From positions 205,690 through 269,689 of the forward strand of contig CAWFQL010000016.1 of the NCBI GenBank assembly GCA_963817915.1: DNA of 64,000 bases, given 5' to 3'. A model generated the notes under the pieces. The model worked only from the letters and a program-made list of their open reading frames with translations. It had not been told where the DNA came from and ran no database searches. Positions 37,423 to 48,933 of the stretch are shown here, piece after piece. Each line of letters begins with the position of its first letter. Positions within the stretch are counted from its first letter, which is position 1. This stretch comes from an uncultured candidate division Zixibacteria bacterium. GTDB lineage: Bacteria > Zixibacteria > MSB-5A5 > UBA10806. A program made the position numbers and the translations under genes.

Positions 37423-40400
37423 CCTGCCTCCTTCAAATTATCAATTATCGTCTTTATTGGTATGCGGCCATACCTTATTGGCATCGGAATCCTCAAAATC
37501 GGGATCGCCTCCGCAAAAAATGGCTGATCCATATAAATTTCCGGATACGCGGCGCCATGTTCTATCTTAAATGAGAAACTTTTCGGTCTGTAACTTAGGT
37601 CGATTATTTTGAGAAATTTTCTGTTCAATAGAGCTCGTGTTTGAGCTACGCCGGGATTCTGATTTTGAGGATCGATGACATCCAGAACCCTATTTGCTAC
37701 CTGCGGCCCCATTTCGGTTATATTAAATACGCCATCGAGCGTATAATCGGCGCCGGGCGCTATAAGGCCTCTGCCCCTAAATGAAAAATCAGCCGAGAAA
37801 AGAGCCGAACTCTCCTGAGGTCCGAACGATCCAACAAGCTGGTTGAAATCAAGACTGGCTAATTCGAGCGACATTTCATATCCCAGCCTATCGAAATTAG
37901 GAAATTCGCGCATCATGTTTATTTCGCTAATATCGAAACTGGATTTTCCTACGAAATTCCCACCGAGAATATTGCCGGTGATCAATGGCATCATCAGGAC
38001 ACCATCGCGGAACGATAAATCGACCGAAATATTATCTACATTGATATCGGGCGCGCGTACGCTGCCAATCGTAATATTCCCGAACTTCCCTTCGGAGATC
38101 ATTCCCTGTCGGTCGCGCCTGTAAGTCGATATAGGAAACATGCTCCCGACAGGTTTCTTGACGAATAACGAATCGTACATATTCATCGTACCGGTTATTG
38201 GCGCATTTCCGGTTATACCACTGCACGATATCCCCGCTGGCCCGACAATTCCGAGGCTATCGAGATTAAATTGGCCGCCGAATTTCAGCGTATCGCCAAG
38301 CTGATCGGTTTCAAAATCACAATTTAACGCTCCGTAAATCGAAATCATGCTGTTTAACGCTGAAGTATCCGGCGAATCGCGCTTAATTGAGTATTTGATA
38401 TTGGAAAATGGGATATCTTTTACCGAACCAAATTCGCCGGCGCAGACAATACTTGTTCTCAATGATGGGATAAGGGCAGTCAAGTTTCCCAGTTTCCAGA
38501 TTGAATCTGAACCATAGTCCAGGCGCGCGCTTATAGGAATATTTTCAAATGCGATATCGGAGTAATTCTCGGCGTAAAGAGCGCCAACAGTATCATGAGA
38601 TTCGATCGACATTTCAAGTCCATGCAGGCTAATCTCAGATAACCCGGTAAATTGGCGGATAAGTATTTTATAATCTTCCAAAAGCACATCGGTTGGCTCG
38701 ATAACAATTGAAATTGCCCCACTCGGATTAATACTGTCAGTTGGGCTGGATATATTTCCATTAATTTTAGTGAAACCCGAGATGTCCATCGGCCCCAATA
38801 TCTCTGTCAGATTTTTCGGGAAAAACGCGGGCAGTTGAGCATCGTCGATATTAAGATAAAATCTGGCGCTGATGCTGTCTTTGCTTGACTTCGATAACGG
38901 ATAATTCGCGGACAGATTACCATCGAAAACATTATCCAATTTATAATTTGCATCGGCCCTGATTCTATCTTTATCAATCATGGCATTTCCCTGAAGGTCA
39001 AATTTCCGGTCGCCCAATGAAAGAGTGTCATTTCCCGAAACAATTGACATGCCCATCCCGGCGATATCAGATTTAAACGCGACCGAGTCCCTGTGTCCCG
39101 AAAGAGAGGTAGTCATATTGATTTTGCCGTTTGCCGACATCTCGCCATTTGTCATCAGACGATTCGATAAATTCGATAGATCGAGATTATTGGCCGCGAT
39201 ATTGAAATTAACATTAGATTTTTCCAAGACTGCATTTATGACCATATCGCCGCCGAAGAAATCCGCGATCTTCCCATCTAAATCGAACGTGACAATATTA
39301 TCATTGATACCGCCATTTCCTTCCAACGTTAAATTAGCAATCTTCAAAGCCTTATCTTTGGCCAATAGATACCTGACACTTTCCACAGACGAAGCAATAG
39401 TGCCATTGGCCGAGCCATTTGTCCCATCCACAAGAATGCTGCCGTTGAGACCGGCCACAAACGCTGTGTCGCTATAATTTATGGCCAGATTTGAAAGCTC
39501 CAGCCCAAGATGGTAAACGAGGCTTTCCGTCGAAATGTTTATAAGGCCTTTATCGAGCGATATCGCCCCATCAAGCTTCAATGGCATGCCGGATTGTCGG
39601 ATCAAACCTGAGAATTGTTCTAATTTCCAGATAACTGGATCCAATACTATCATTACGTTGGGATTTTTGTTGATCTGCACCATCCCACCGCCCGAAATCA
39701 ACCGACTGTTATTTAGAGAGATTCTCATCGAATCAATATCAACCGAATTGTCGTTGATATTCGTGGTGGAATTCAGGGAAGCATCTACATTTCCAATATC
39801 ATACTTGTTCCCAAAAGTAGCTTCAATATTCGATATGCTTATATTGAAATTCTGTCTTGATTTATCAACGGTCGAAAATTTTCCCGAAGCCGCTATATCC
39901 AAATTGCATTCGATCCCGATTGTATCCTGCTCATAATGAATTTTGCCATCCTTGCCTTCTGCCTCATATGCAAACGAGAAATTCTTGATATTTGTGAAAT
40001 TCAGCTTTGATATTGCCAGCTCAAGGTTCATATCAGCCTGAGGGCCAATCACCGCGAATGAGCTGACGACGCAGCTATCCATAATTACCCTGAATGGCAA
40101 TTCGACTGTTTTAGGTTGGGATGTATCCGGAACGGCCGCCATTAGAGATTTGGGGATATTTCCGTAATCAAGCAAACCACCATCCACCAGGATATAACGG
40201 ATCTTCAGCTTTTTCGATATTAATTCATTGGGGGATATTTTGATTCTTATGCTATCCACCGAAAACCATTTGGTGGAATCTTCAGAATTAAGAAGCGTTA
40301 ATCCAATAATTTTTATTTGAAGCCAGTTGTCAATCTTGAGTGATTCTATTTGAACTTCGCTTGCAGTTGATTTTCTTAATGTCTCTGAAGCTAATGTCTT

Positions 40401-40505
40401 TAATCGATTATCACTGAAATATAGCCTGGCTGAAATAATGGCAATAATCAGAAACGCGAATAGTCCACCGATTATTCGCAACGATATTCGTATCTCTTTG
40501 CGCAC
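37413..40505 (-). CDS. AsmA/YdbH/TamB-like bridge protein
   Basis: Single N-terminal TM anchor followed by ~1000 aa of repeated amphipathic beta-strands; adjacent to a DUF1318 gene as in ydbH-ynbE-ydbL. Confidence 0.72.
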   Translation of the reverse strand: MRKEIRISLRIIGGLFAFLIIAIISARLYFSDNRLKTLASETLRKSTASEVQIESLKIDNWLQIKIIGLTLLNSEDSTKWFSVDSIRIKISPNELISKKLKIRYILVDGGLLDYGNIPKSLMAAVPDTSQPKTVELPFRVIMDSCVVSSFAVIGPQADMNLELAISKLNFTNIKNFSFAYEAEGKDGKIHYEQDTIGIECNLDIAASGKFSTVDKSRQNFNISISNIEATFGNKYDIGNVDASLNSTTNINDNSVDIDSMRISLNNSRLISGGGMVQINKNPNVMIVLDPVIWKLEQFSGLIRQSGMPLKLDGAISLDKGLINISTESLVYHLGLELSNLAINYSDTAFVAGLNGSILVDGTNGSANGTIASSVESVRYLLAKDKALKIANLTLEGNGGINDNIVTFDLDGKIADFFGGDMVINAVLEKSNVNFNIAANNLDLSNLSNRLMTNGEMSANGKINMTTSLSGHRDSVAFKSDIAGMGMSIVSGNDTLSLGDRKFDLQGNAMIDKDRIRADANYKLDNVFDGNLSANYPLSKSSKDSISARFYLNIDDAQLPAFFPKNLTEILGPMDISGFTKINGNISSPTDSINPSGAISIVIEPTDVLLEDYKILIRQFTGLSEISLHGLEMSIESHDTVGALYAENYSDIAFENIPISARLDYGSDSIWKLGNLTALIPSLRTSIVCAGEFGSVKDIPFSNIKYSIKRDSPDTSALNSMISIYGALNCDFETDQLGDTLKFGGQFNLDSLGIVGPAGISCSGITGNAPITGTMNMYDSLFVKKPVGSMFPISTYRRDRQGMISEGKFGNITIGSVRAPDINVDNISVDLSFRDGVLMMPLITGNILGGNFVGKSSFDISEINMMREFPNFDRLGYEMSLELASLDFNQLVGSFGPQESSALFSADFSFRGRGLIAPGADYTLDGVFNITEMGPQVANRVLDVIDPQNQNPGVAQTRALLNRKFLKIIDLSYRPKSFSFKIEHGAAYPEIYMDQPFFAEAIPILRIPMPIRYGRIPIKTIIDNLKEAGWQ

Positions 40506-40662
40506 GCATAATATTTATCGGTATATTTATGCGATGTCTATAAAAAAGAATGTGGCGAAGAGGAAATCTGCTTGATAAAACATCGGCTTATGACAGCCCC
40601 AACAATAGAAAATTTTCGCGGGATCCATTAAATTTATTAAAATTGTTCAATCAGACGGAAGT

Positions 40663-43600
40663 TCAGATTGTTTTTGTCTCGGCTGCGGTAAGGATTTCAC
40701 GAACCTTTTGTAGCAATTGACTCGTTTTAAATGGTTTTGCGATAAAATTGATCGTGGAATCGAGAGCGCCGTCCTTAATTATGGTCTTGTCGGTATGGCC
40801 CGACATAAATAGCACCTTGATATTGGGGAATGAGACAGAGACGCGATCATAAACTTGTTTGCCATTCATACCGGGCATAATGATATCAGTTATTATAAGC
40901 TGAATCGGTGAATCATAGCTGCTGCAAATAGCTATTGCCTCGCCGGGGTGAGATGCCTGCAACACCTTATAGCCTGCCTTGGATAATATTCTGAATGCCA
41001 GATCTCTGACAATATCTTCATCTTCTACCAAAAGTATAGTTTCCGTACCGCCTAAAACCAGGCTCTTATCTTTATCTTTGCTCGATTCATCAAATACCTC
41101 TTCCGAGCGTGGTAGAAATATACTAAATACCGTGCCGACACCCGCTTCGCTCTCGACCATAATCTGTCCGCCGCTCTGTTGTACAATACCATAAACCGTT
41201 GATAGCCCAAGGCCTGTACCTTTGCCGACATCCTTGGTCGTGAAAAATGGTTCGAAGATATGGCTTCGCGTCTTTTCATCCATCCCATATCCGGTATCGC
41301 TTACCGATAACTTTATATATCTACCCTTGCTAATTTCCACCCCGTATACGGCTGGATTATCATCAAAATTAACATTAGATGTCTCTATTATGAGCTTTCC
41401 GCCATGAGGCATGGCGTCGCGGGCATTGACGCTCAAATTCATTACGATCTGTTCAACCTGACTGATATCCGCTTTAATATTTCCCAAATCACCGGCTAAA
41501 TTCAGCTTAATATCTATGTTTTCCCCCATTACCCTTTGCATCATCTTGTTCATATCGACAACTACCGAATTCAGGTTAAGCGTTTTGGGCTGCAGCATCT
41601 GGCGACGGCTGAAGGCGAGGAGTTGACGAGTTAGCGACGCGGCCCTTTCGCCTGCCTTCTTGATTTCCTCAACGTCCTGCTTCATAGGATCAGAATCATC
41701 GAGCCGTTCCAGGGTTAATTCGCTGTAACCATTAATTGCGGTCAGTAGATTATTGAAGTCATGGGCGATTCCGCCGGCCAATTGGCCGATTGCTTCGAGC
41801 TTCTGCGAGTGGCGGAGTTGGTTTTCGAGCGCAACCTCTTGTGTCACATCACGTTTGACCGACACATAGTTGATGATTTTCCCCGCGCCATCGCGAATTG
41901 GCGAGATCGTAGCATCTTCCTCGTATAATTCGCCGGATTTCTTTTTATTAATGATGTGACCCTTCCAGGTTTCGCCTCTTGTAATAGTGTCCCACATCTC
42001 TTTATAGAATTTCGCGTCATGTTTGTTGCTTCTCAAAATCCGTGGGTTTTGGCCGATCGCCTCACTGGATTTGTAACCGGTTATCTCCTCGAACGCGGGA
42101 TTCACATATTGGATATTTCCTTGGGCGTCTGAAATAACAATAGCTTCCGCTGACTGTTCAACAGCGGTTCCAAGTCGGCGCAATGTTTCCTGCGCGTTTC
42201 TCAATTCGGTAATATCTCTCGCGAACACAAAATGATATTCCTGACCGTTAAATTCCTGATAATTGATATTAACTTCGACCGGGATATGGCCGCCATCTTT
42301 CTTTCTGAAATCGGACTCTGAAATGAAATTGCCGTGTAATTTGATTTTAGTCCATAGGCCCAACCAATTTTGAGGAGTGATAAATGTATCGATATCCATG
42401 ATAGTCATAGACTGCAGTTCGTCCTTTGTGAAGCCAAGCATCGTACTTGCAACTTCATTGACATTGATAAAGTGGCCATCTGGCGCAATCCAAAATATCA
42501 AGATATCTGAATGATCGATACCATACTGAGTCAGCTTTAAGGCGTCTTCCATCTTTTTCCGTCCGGTTATATCGCGGGCCGCCGCAAAAATGCCAATCAC
42601 CTGTCCCGCATCGTCTCGATAAACCGAGGCGTTATACAAAACCGACATTACGCTTCCACTCTTGTGCCTCAAGTCAAGGGCATAGTCTATAACTTTCTCA
42701 TCGTGGAATACTTGGAGGAATCCCTCTCGCGCCTTTTCAGGATTCGTAAAATAGCCGGAAAAATCGGTTCCGATTAGTTGATTTCGATTAAATCCGGTTG
42801 CCTTTTCCGTAGCGGCATTAACGTCGGTTATCTTGCCGTTTGGTCCGATCGTGAACATCGGATCAAGGCTGGCTTCGATCAGACTGCGGTTATAGACTCC
42901 CGCCAAGGCCAACGCTTCCTCGGCACGTTTATGATCCGTAATATCCTCTACCATCGCCAGCGTATATGAGTTATTTTTGCTATCCTCATTCAGCATTGCA
43001 ACTGTCAAATTAGCCCATATATACTCGCCGTTTCTTTTAACATATCTCTTTCTAATGCTGTAGCTTTTTACGTCGTTGGTGAATATCCGGTGGGCTTTTT
43101 CAAGGCTTTCGTCCATATCTTCAGGGTGAGTTATGTCATTGATCGTCATATTCATTAATTCTTCTTCCGTATACCCTAACATATTACAGAACGATGAATT
43201 AACTTTCGTGAAACGGAGGTCGGAATCTACGATTACAATACCCAATGGCCCGTGCTCAAATATATTCCTATATCTTTCTTCGCTGGCTTTTAACGCATCT
43301 TCCGCCCTTTTCCGTTTGGATATATCCCTGGCGGCGCTAACAAATCCTATAATATTGTTATTATTATCCCTGAGATAAGAAGCTTTTATTTCCGCCCAGA
43401 TTTTGCTCCCGTCTTTCCTGATATATTCAAGCTCAATCGTTCTGTATCTAAAGGGATCGCTACTATCAACTTTTTCCAGCTCAAGATCCTCTTTGAATTC
43501 CTGATTGAGTTTATTGAATGATTCGACAGTCAGATACCGATCGACGGTTAGTTCCATCGCTTCTTCGACAGTATAGCCCAGCATATTTTTTATTGAGGGA

Positions 43601-46107
43601 CTTATATAAGTGAAACGGAAATTCAAATCCAACGTCCAGATGATGTCCAGTGAATTATCCGCCAATAATCGATATCTTTTTTCGCTCTCGCGCAACGCTT
43701 CCTCGGCCAATCTGCGTTCAGTAATATCAGCAACAAATCCTTCAAGGGCTATGACAGCGCCATCGTTTGAAAATATACCCTGGCCTTTTTCCCAAACCCA
43801 TTTCTCAGTATTATCCGCCGTAATAATCCTATAAGTAGTTTCGAATGGCTCTTTCTTAATCAAAGCCTCCTGAACATCTTCGAATACGCGCATTTTATCG
43901 TCGGGATGAATTATATCATTATAGGTGATATTAGATTTGGTGATAAATTCATCCGGCGTATACCCGGTCAATCCGTAACAACCTTCGCTTAAAAATTCCA
44001 TCGTCCAGTCGATATCATTCCGGCAACGATATGCCATGCCGGGGAGATTGCCCATCAGGGTAGTAAGCGCCCTTTGTTTTTCGCGCAATTCATCCGAAAC
44101 ACTTGCCGCAGTGAGGGAAAGAGCTGCTTCTGTGGAAATAGATTCAAGCTGGTCTGCCTGCTCGGGCCCAAACGCATTGTACTGATAGCTTTGAACACTC
44201 AAGACGCCTACCAAACGCCCCTGGGTCTTTAATGGGAAATAAGTGAGTGAACATGATGGTCTAGTAGAACCATCAATAATCGGATAATTGCTTTTCTGCA
44301 ATTTCTGAATCTCTTCCGGCGTCCTGTGAATTATGACCGGACGGCCCTGAGTCATGACATGATGGAGATTTTCTCCTAATTTATGATAATTGATAACTCG
44401 GTTGGTCTCAATTATTTTGTCGCCGCTTGCTTCCGTATCAAACCTGTAAAGGATTTCAGATGATTCATTCGGCTCCGGCGAATTTAGGAGCGCGATAAAG
44501 CCGGCGTCACACGGCATCAATGTAGAGATGAAATCGAAAGTAGTTCTGGCTATTTCAGTTATTTCTGATAACCCCACCAATGCTTCCAAAAAGCTAGCTC
44601 GGGCCTTTGCCGTCTTTTCATCTCTCCTCGGTTCGGATATATCGGTTATACTAATAAGTAGTTTGCGACCCGATTTTCCCGATGCTCCCGAGATGCCGAT
44701 TATTTCGAAACTTAGCGTCTGGATAATATCGCCGGTGCCCGATCTGCACAGCAAATCAATTTCAAATCCGACGGGTTGTTCATATCTTTTATTGAGATAC
44801 TCCGTAAGCCGTTGTCTGATTGTACTGCATGTATCCAAATTATGCTGGGATTCCATTGTCGTGGCGTTTTTGATTGATTCGATAATGCTTTTGCCGACCA
44901 TGGGTTCGCGAAAAGCATTGAATTTCTTGGTAAAACCGAAATTGACATATTCAATTATAAGCTTATCATTGATGATTGCCAAGGGCGAAGGGATCGATTC
45001 GACTATCATTCTGTTCAATTCGCTCAGGCGTTGGATTTCGGCAGATTTTTGCTTTTCTAATTCAAGCTTTAGGCGCGCCTTAATCGCCCATCTCGACGAG
45101 ATTCCAAACAGTACAAATAATACCACGAGGAGCAGAATCATGAACGCCATCAGTAGATAATCTTTGTTTATGGGACTTGAAAGATCATCGCGGTTGCCTA
45201 CAATCGCCGAGCTAAAATGACGATTAAGAATATTTATCTCTGTGAACGCAACCAGTTCTATGGTGCCGCCCGCCAAATTATTTTTGTATTCAATTGTCCC
45301 GGATTTCTCATCCTGAATTCGCTTTCTTACGATATCTTCCATTTCTTCTTCTTCGGGATCTATACCGTTATGCTCCGCCCGATAATCTTCTTCGATTTCT
45401 GCCCAGGTTCTATAGAGATATTCGGGATTGGGGTGATACAAAATTCTGCCGTTGTCATCGACTATCCATATTTCGCCGCCATTAGAAGCGCCTTCCCGAA
45501 TGAACGATTGGGTCCAGAATTCCCTAAGATCAATTCCGGCCATAACTACGCCAATGAAATTCATGGACTTATCATATAGCGGTAAGCTTAAAAGCAGGGC
45601 TTTTTCTGTGCTATCATACGGGCATGTACTTATTCCGGTCAAATAGGCTTTACCAGTAATGCGAGGTTGGATGAAGCCTTCCTGATTCGAAATATCGGTA
45701 CCCCTTGAACTGTCATGCCTGGGATATCCAAAGAGGAAATGACCCTTTGAATCGGTCATATAAATATTCTGAATTACGTTATCGTGTGAGGCATAAAATT
45801 GCCTTATTTCTTCCATGGCTTCGGAGGTAGCCTCATTTGCCCTTATTGAATATTTAATATGGGTCAAATCCGAGTAAATATCCTCAAATTTGGCTTCTAC
45901 CGAATTCTTCAGATAATGGATTGTTGTCAACTGCTGTTTCTGATATGCATCTATTAAGGCTTTTTCGTTTTGAAGATGCTTCTTATTAACCAAAAATACC
46001 AGTACCGGTATAATAATGGCCACCAAAACCAATAGTCTTTGATGTTTTATAAAATTCTTAATATAGATTGCGAACTGAGAGAATCTCTTAAAACCTGAAT
46101 TAAACAA
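40663..46107 (-). CDS. Hybrid sensor histidine kinase (Cache-PAS-GAF-multiple PAS-HisKA-HATPase-REC)
   Basis: 2 TM around a Cache-like domain; at least 6 PAS/PAC units ending DIT/DIS/DVT; [13 protein letters not shown]; GTGLGL; C-terminal receiver. Confidence 0.95.
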   Translation of the reverse strand: MFNSGFKRFSQFAIYIKNFIKHQRLLVLVAIIIPVLVFLVNKKHLQNEKALIDAYQKQQLTTIHYLKNSVEAKFEDIYSDLTHIKYSIRANEATSEAMEEIRQFYASHDNVIQNIYMTDSKGHFLFGYPRHDSSRGTDISNQEGFIQPRITGKAYLTGISTCPYDSTEKALLLSLPLYDKSMNFIGVVMAGIDLREFWTQSFIREGASNGGEIWIVDDNGRILYHPNPEYLYRTWAEIEEDYRAEHNGIDPEEEEMEDIVRKRIQDEKSGTIEYKNNLAGGTIELVAFTEINILNRHFSSAIVGNRDDLSSPINKDYLLMAFMILLLVVLFVLFGISSRWAIKARLKLELEKQKSAEIQRLSELNRMIVESIPSPLAIINDKLIIEYVNFGFTKKFNAFREPMVGKSIIESIKNATTMESQHNLDTCSTIRQRLTEYLNKRYEQPVGFEIDLLCRSGTGDIIQTLSFEIIGISGASGKSGRKLLISITDISEPRRDEKTAKARASFLEALVGLSEITEIARTTFDFISTLMPCDAGFIALLNSPEPNESSEILYRFDTEASGDKIIETNRVINYHKLGENLHHVMTQGRPVIIHRTPEEIQKLQKSNYPIIDGSTRPSCSLTYFPLKTQGRLVGVLSVQSYQYNAFGPEQADQLESISTEAALSLTAASVSDELREKQRALTTLMGNLPGMAYRCRNDIDWTMEFLSEGCYGLTGYTPDEFITKSNITYNDIIHPDDKMRVFEDVQEALIKKEPFETTYRIITADNTEKWVWEKGQGIFSNDGAVIALEGFVADITERRLAEEALRESEKRYRLLADNSLDIIWTLDLNFRFTYISPSIKNMLGYTVEEAMELTVDRYLTVESFNKLNQEFKEDLELEKVDSSDPFRYRTIELEYIRKDGSKIWAEIKASYLRDNNNNIIGFVSAARDISKRKRAEDALKASEERYRNIFEHGPLGIVIVDSDLRFTKVNSSFCNMLGYTEEELMNMTINDITHPEDMDESLEKAHRIFTNDVKSYSIRKRYVKRNGEYIWANLTVAMLNEDSKNNSYTLAMVEDITDHKRAEEALALAGVYNRSLIEASLDPMFTIGPNGKITDVNAATEKATGFNRNQLIGTDFSGYFTNPEKAREGFLQVFHDEKVIDYALDLRHKSGSVMSVLYNASVYRDDAGQVIGIFAAARDITGRKKMEDALKLTQYGIDHSDILIFWIAPDGHFINVNEVASTMLGFTKDELQSMTIMDIDTFITPQNWLGLWTKIKLHGNFISESDFRKKDGGHIPVEVNINYQEFNGQEYHFVFARDITELRNAQETLRRLGTAVEQSAEAIVISDAQGNIQYVNPAFEEITGYKSSEAIGQNPRILRSNKHDAKFYKEMWDTITRGETWKGHIINKKKSGELYEEDATISPIRDGAGKIINYVSVKRDVTQEVALENQLRHSQKLEAIGQLAGGIAHDFNNLLTAINGYSELTLERLDDSDPMKQDVEEIKKAGERAASLTRQLLAFSRRQMLQPKTLNLNSVVVDMNKMMQRVMGENIDIKLNLAGDLGNIKADISQVEQIVMNLSVNARDAMPHGGKLIIETSNVNFDDNPAVYGVEISKGRYIKLSVSDTGYGMDEKTRSHIFEPFFTTKDVGKGTGLGLSTVYGIVQQSGGQIMVESEAGVGTVFSIFLPRSEEVFDESSKDKDKSLVLGGTETILLVEDEDIVRDLAFRILSKAGYKVLQASHPGEAIAICSSYDSPIQLIITDIIMPGMNGKQVYDRVSVSFPNIKVLFMSGHTDKTIIKDGALDSTINFIAKPFKTSQLLQKVREILTAAETKTI

Positions 46108-46233
46108 AACGGATTACCCCCCGACAAATAATCACGGACATATTACCTCATCCCGGGCCAATATTTGCTTTCATTCTATTTAAGACGATATGGCCATATT
46201 TCATTCGTCATATCCCTATGTATGACATAGTAA

Positions 46234-46260
46234 ATATCGGCATTTGGCGTCGATACTTTA
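46234..46260 (-). promoter_or_regulatory. Sigma-28 (FliA)-type promoter TAAA-N15-GCCGATAT
   Basis: Near-perfect match to TAAA-N15-GCCGATAA upstream of the hybrid kinase. Confidence 0.7.
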
Positions 46261-46389
46261 TGATATTGGGACCCCGAAATTCGGTACAATTTCCGGCTGC
46301 GGAGTATTGAATAAGATATCTTCAGCTTTCTGACTTAATTTGAATTTATATGGCCGTAATGGATGGGGCTGAGCTTATAAAAACGAGGT

Positions 46390-46860
46390 TTAATAGCTGC
46401 AGATAGTAATCATATTTTTGAGTTCTTTGACTTGATCAAGAGCCTTATGCAGGTCTCGGCCTTTTTGTTTGAGGGTTGTCTCCAATTCCATAATTCTCTC
46501 ACCGATCTTCAGGCGCGACTTTAGCTCATTTGAATCGAATGGCCTGAATACGTAGTCATCGGCGCCAGCTTCCAACCCTTCGGCTATATCATCTTTGCGA
46601 TTCTTTGTGATCAACATTAATATATAAATATGGTAATAGGTTTCGTGCTTTCTAATTATTTTGCAGAGCTCCGCGCCGCTCATGTCGGGCTGGCTAACAT
46701 CTATTATTGCTAGCCTCGGGTATTCTTTAGACGTTAATATTTCCTTTGCCTCCTTGCCGGAGCAAGCCGCGGCTACTTCGTATCCCCAGTTGGACAAGGT
46801 TGCCTCAAGAAGTTTTCTCGATATTTCATCGGGCTCGGCCACCAATACTTTGAATTTCAT
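46390..46860 (-). CDS. Atypical response regulator (REC + coiled coil), possibly C-terminally truncated
   Basis: REC fold with EP in place of the acidic pair and YVFRPF (Lys to Arg); ends at ...ITICSY. Confidence 0.82.
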   Translation of the reverse strand: MKFKVLVAEPDEISRKLLEATLSNWGYEVAAACSGKEAKEILTSKEYPRLAIIDVSQPDMSGAELCKIIRKHETYYHIYILMLITKNRKDDIAEGLEAGADDYVFRPFDSNELKSRLKIGERIMELETTLKQKGRDLHKALDQVKELKNMITICSY

Positions 46861-46914
46861 ATTTTATCCATGGATCGTAATATTTTTTTAGGATTTCACA
46901 AACCTTCAAATATA

Positions 46915-46941
46915 TTATCGACATAATTTCGTGCAGTTTCA
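46915..46941 (-). promoter_or_regulatory. Possible sigma-28 promoter TGAA-N15-GTCGATAA
   Basis: Correct spacing, one mismatch per box. Confidence 0.4.
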
Positions 46942-46991
46942 ATTTTGCTAATTCATCTGCAGATATTTCCGAAAATATAGATTTTTTATTC

Positions 46992-47027
46992 AAAACGCAA
47001 AAGCCCCGAAAAAGATTCGGAGCCTTG
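46992..47027 (-). terminator. Intrinsic terminator of the che operon
   Basis: Minus strand ggctccgaa...ttcggggct followed by tttgcgtttt. Confidence 0.6.
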
Positions 47028-47130
47028 ACAGATATGCAAAATCTATTCGCATCGGCAAAAATCAAGAAGACAATGTGATTATTGCCTTTAATTAATTTTT
47101 ATCTATTAATAAAATAGTATTCCTTTCATA

Positions 47131-47646
47131 TTAAACAGTCATGGAGGCCGGATCAGGAGCCTTAACTGCTGTTTCGCCAGTTCTCACTTTCATGCTGATC
47201 TCCATCACAAAACTGCTGCCTTCCAATTTGAATGGCACGATAACAACCGGTGTGCCGGCCTTATGTGTAATGGTATGGGCATTACCCATGACGACTGTTG
47301 GGATTGAGATATCGAATGACAGCCTCATTTCGGAATATTCCTTTTTAGCACCGCCGGCAACTATATTAGCCAGCTCGCCTACGATATCGCGAACGTCATC
47401 ATTAATAGCGGTCAATGATTCATTCATCATTTTATTATAAATTTTGAGCGCCGTGGCAGTCGGAAAACTCAAAGCCACCGACCCGTAGATATTGCTGGCC
47501 GCGAATCCTATGATTCCCGAAATATCGCCCTGCGGAATACTATCATTCTTTACCGTAGGCGCCATTCGCTCTGCGGGCATCCCCAACATCGTCTCGATAG
47601 CCGCCACAACCGAATTTATGAAAGGATTGATAAATTTAACGTCCAT
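47131..47646 (-). CDS. cheX: Chemotaxis phosphatase CheX
   Basis: INPFI, DISGIIG, GELANIVAG (ExxN), ISIPTVVMG. Confidence 0.92.
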   Translation of the reverse strand: MDVKFINPFINSVVAAIETMLGMPAERMAPTVKNDSIPQGDISGIIGFAASNIYGSVALSFPTATALKIYNKMMNESLTAINDDVRDIVGELANIVAGGAKKEYSEMRLSFDISIPTVVMGNAHTITHKAGTPVVIVPFKLEGSSFVMEISMKVRTGETAVKAPDPASMTV

Positions 47647-47670
47647 TTTATCCTCCAGCTTCCACCAAGG

Positions 47671-48030
47671 TTATTTTCCAAGTGTGGCTTTAACTTTTTC
47701 GACCAGTGTTTCGGGCGTGAATGGTTTTACTATATAGTTATTAACGCCTTGCTTAAGGGCTTCCATGACCTCGGTTTTGGCTCCTTCTGTTGTAATCATT
47801 ATTATCGGAACCTGCGCCAATTCGTTACGTTTTCTTATTTCTTTTACCAGAGTAAGCCCGTCCATAATCGGCATATTCCAATCTGTAAGCACCAGCTCGA
47901 CGCCTTCGATATTATTAATTGCTTCGGCGCCGTTGCTTGCTTCGACTATCTCGCTAAATCCGGCGGATTTTAGATTTCCTCCGATAATTCTTCGCATAAT
48001 GGAGGAATCATCGACTACCATGATCTTCAT
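47671..48030 (-). CDS. cheY: Chemotaxis response regulator CheY
   Basis: VVDDS, TDWNMP, MITTE, YIVKPFT. Confidence 0.92.
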   Translation of the reverse strand: MKIMVVDDSSIMRRIIGGNLKSAGFSEIVEASNGAEAINNIEGVELVLTDWNMPIMDGLTLVKEIRKRNELAQVPIIMITTEGAKTEVMEALKQGVNNYIVKPFTPETLVEKVKATLGK

Positions 48031-48536
48031 TAAAAACCTCCCTGCATTGCAACATTATTTTTTCCAGCCATTTGGGGACTGCCTTCCGCCACGAAGGCTG
48101 TCAAGACTTGCCCGCCAACATCAAAGGAGAGAGAAAGTATTTTTTGGGGAACATTAGTCATCGCTCCCTTTCCGATTAGCGGAAGTCCGAGCTCGAAGCT
48201 TTTATCATGTGGCGTATATTCCTTCATAAAGACGCCGGCGATCGTATTCAGGATTTCAGCCAAGGCGTCACCGACAGATTCATCCGTCACATCTTCAGAC
48301 ACTTCTCCGTATAACGCTTCGGTGACCAGTCTGGCATATCCGGCAGACACTTCAATACATATTTCACCCGCGAACGGCTGCAGGATTGCGAGCCGAGCCC
48401 ATAAATTTTCTTCCGGTATCACAGGAGTAACCATATCGCATCCAAGGAATTCGACTTCCTCAAAAGCCATATCCTCCATCGTCTTCTTCAGAGCAGTCAT
48501 CAAAGAGGTCTTAATTAGTTCTGTATTTTCAATCAT
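48030..48536 (-). CDS. CheX/CheC-like protein
   Basis: DALAEILNTIAG (ExxN), LGLP; start taken at ATG 48536. Confidence 0.8.
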   Translation of the reverse strand: MIENTELIKTSLMTALKKTMEDMAFEEVEFLGCDMVTPVIPEENLWARLAILQPFAGEICIEVSAGYARLVTEALYGEVSEDVTDESVGDALAEILNTIAGVFMKEYTPHDKSFELGLPLIGKGAMTNVPQKILSLSFDVGGQVLTAFVAEGSPQMAGKNNVAMQGGF

Positions 48537-48933
48537 TGCCTGCCCCTTTTGATTTATGGGATAATGGTTCAAGGGCTTTGGCCATTTCCTGAGGTGAAAT
48601 CGGTTTATTCAATACGGCGAACGCTCCAAGGCCTTTGAGCTCGGCGGACCTGACATCATTGTTGGCGCTGGTGATCACCAGAATAGGAAGATTGGTCAAT
48701 GATGGAGTTGCCTTCATATGCATAAGAAGCGAACGTCCATCCATTTGCGGCATATTCAAGTCGGTAACGAGAAGGTCGACCTTGTTATTTTTGGCCAATT
48801 CCAGCGCCTCGGCGCCGTTTTTGGCATCAAGGAATTTAGCGTCGCTGCAACCGGCGATTTCCAGACATCTCTTTATGATCATCCTGGCAGTGGCAGAATC
48901 GTCAGCAACAATAATATTTTGAATCATGCCCAT
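48529..48933 (-). CDS. CheY-like single-domain response regulator
   Basis: ADDS, TDLNMP, VITS, KP; GAGGAGG RBS. Confidence 0.9.
   Translation of the reverse strand: MGMIQNIIVADDSATARMIIKRCLEIAGCSDAKFLDAKNGAEALELAKNNKVDLLVTDLNMPQMDGRSLLMHMKATPSLTNLPILVITSANNDVRSAELKGLGAFAVLNKPISPQEMAKALEPLSHKSKGAGND

Noticed and set aside
44528-45160. 210-aa + strand ORF and other long antisense ORFs in the kinase/che region
   Set aside because: Entirely antisense to well-supported genes; composition typical of shadow frames.
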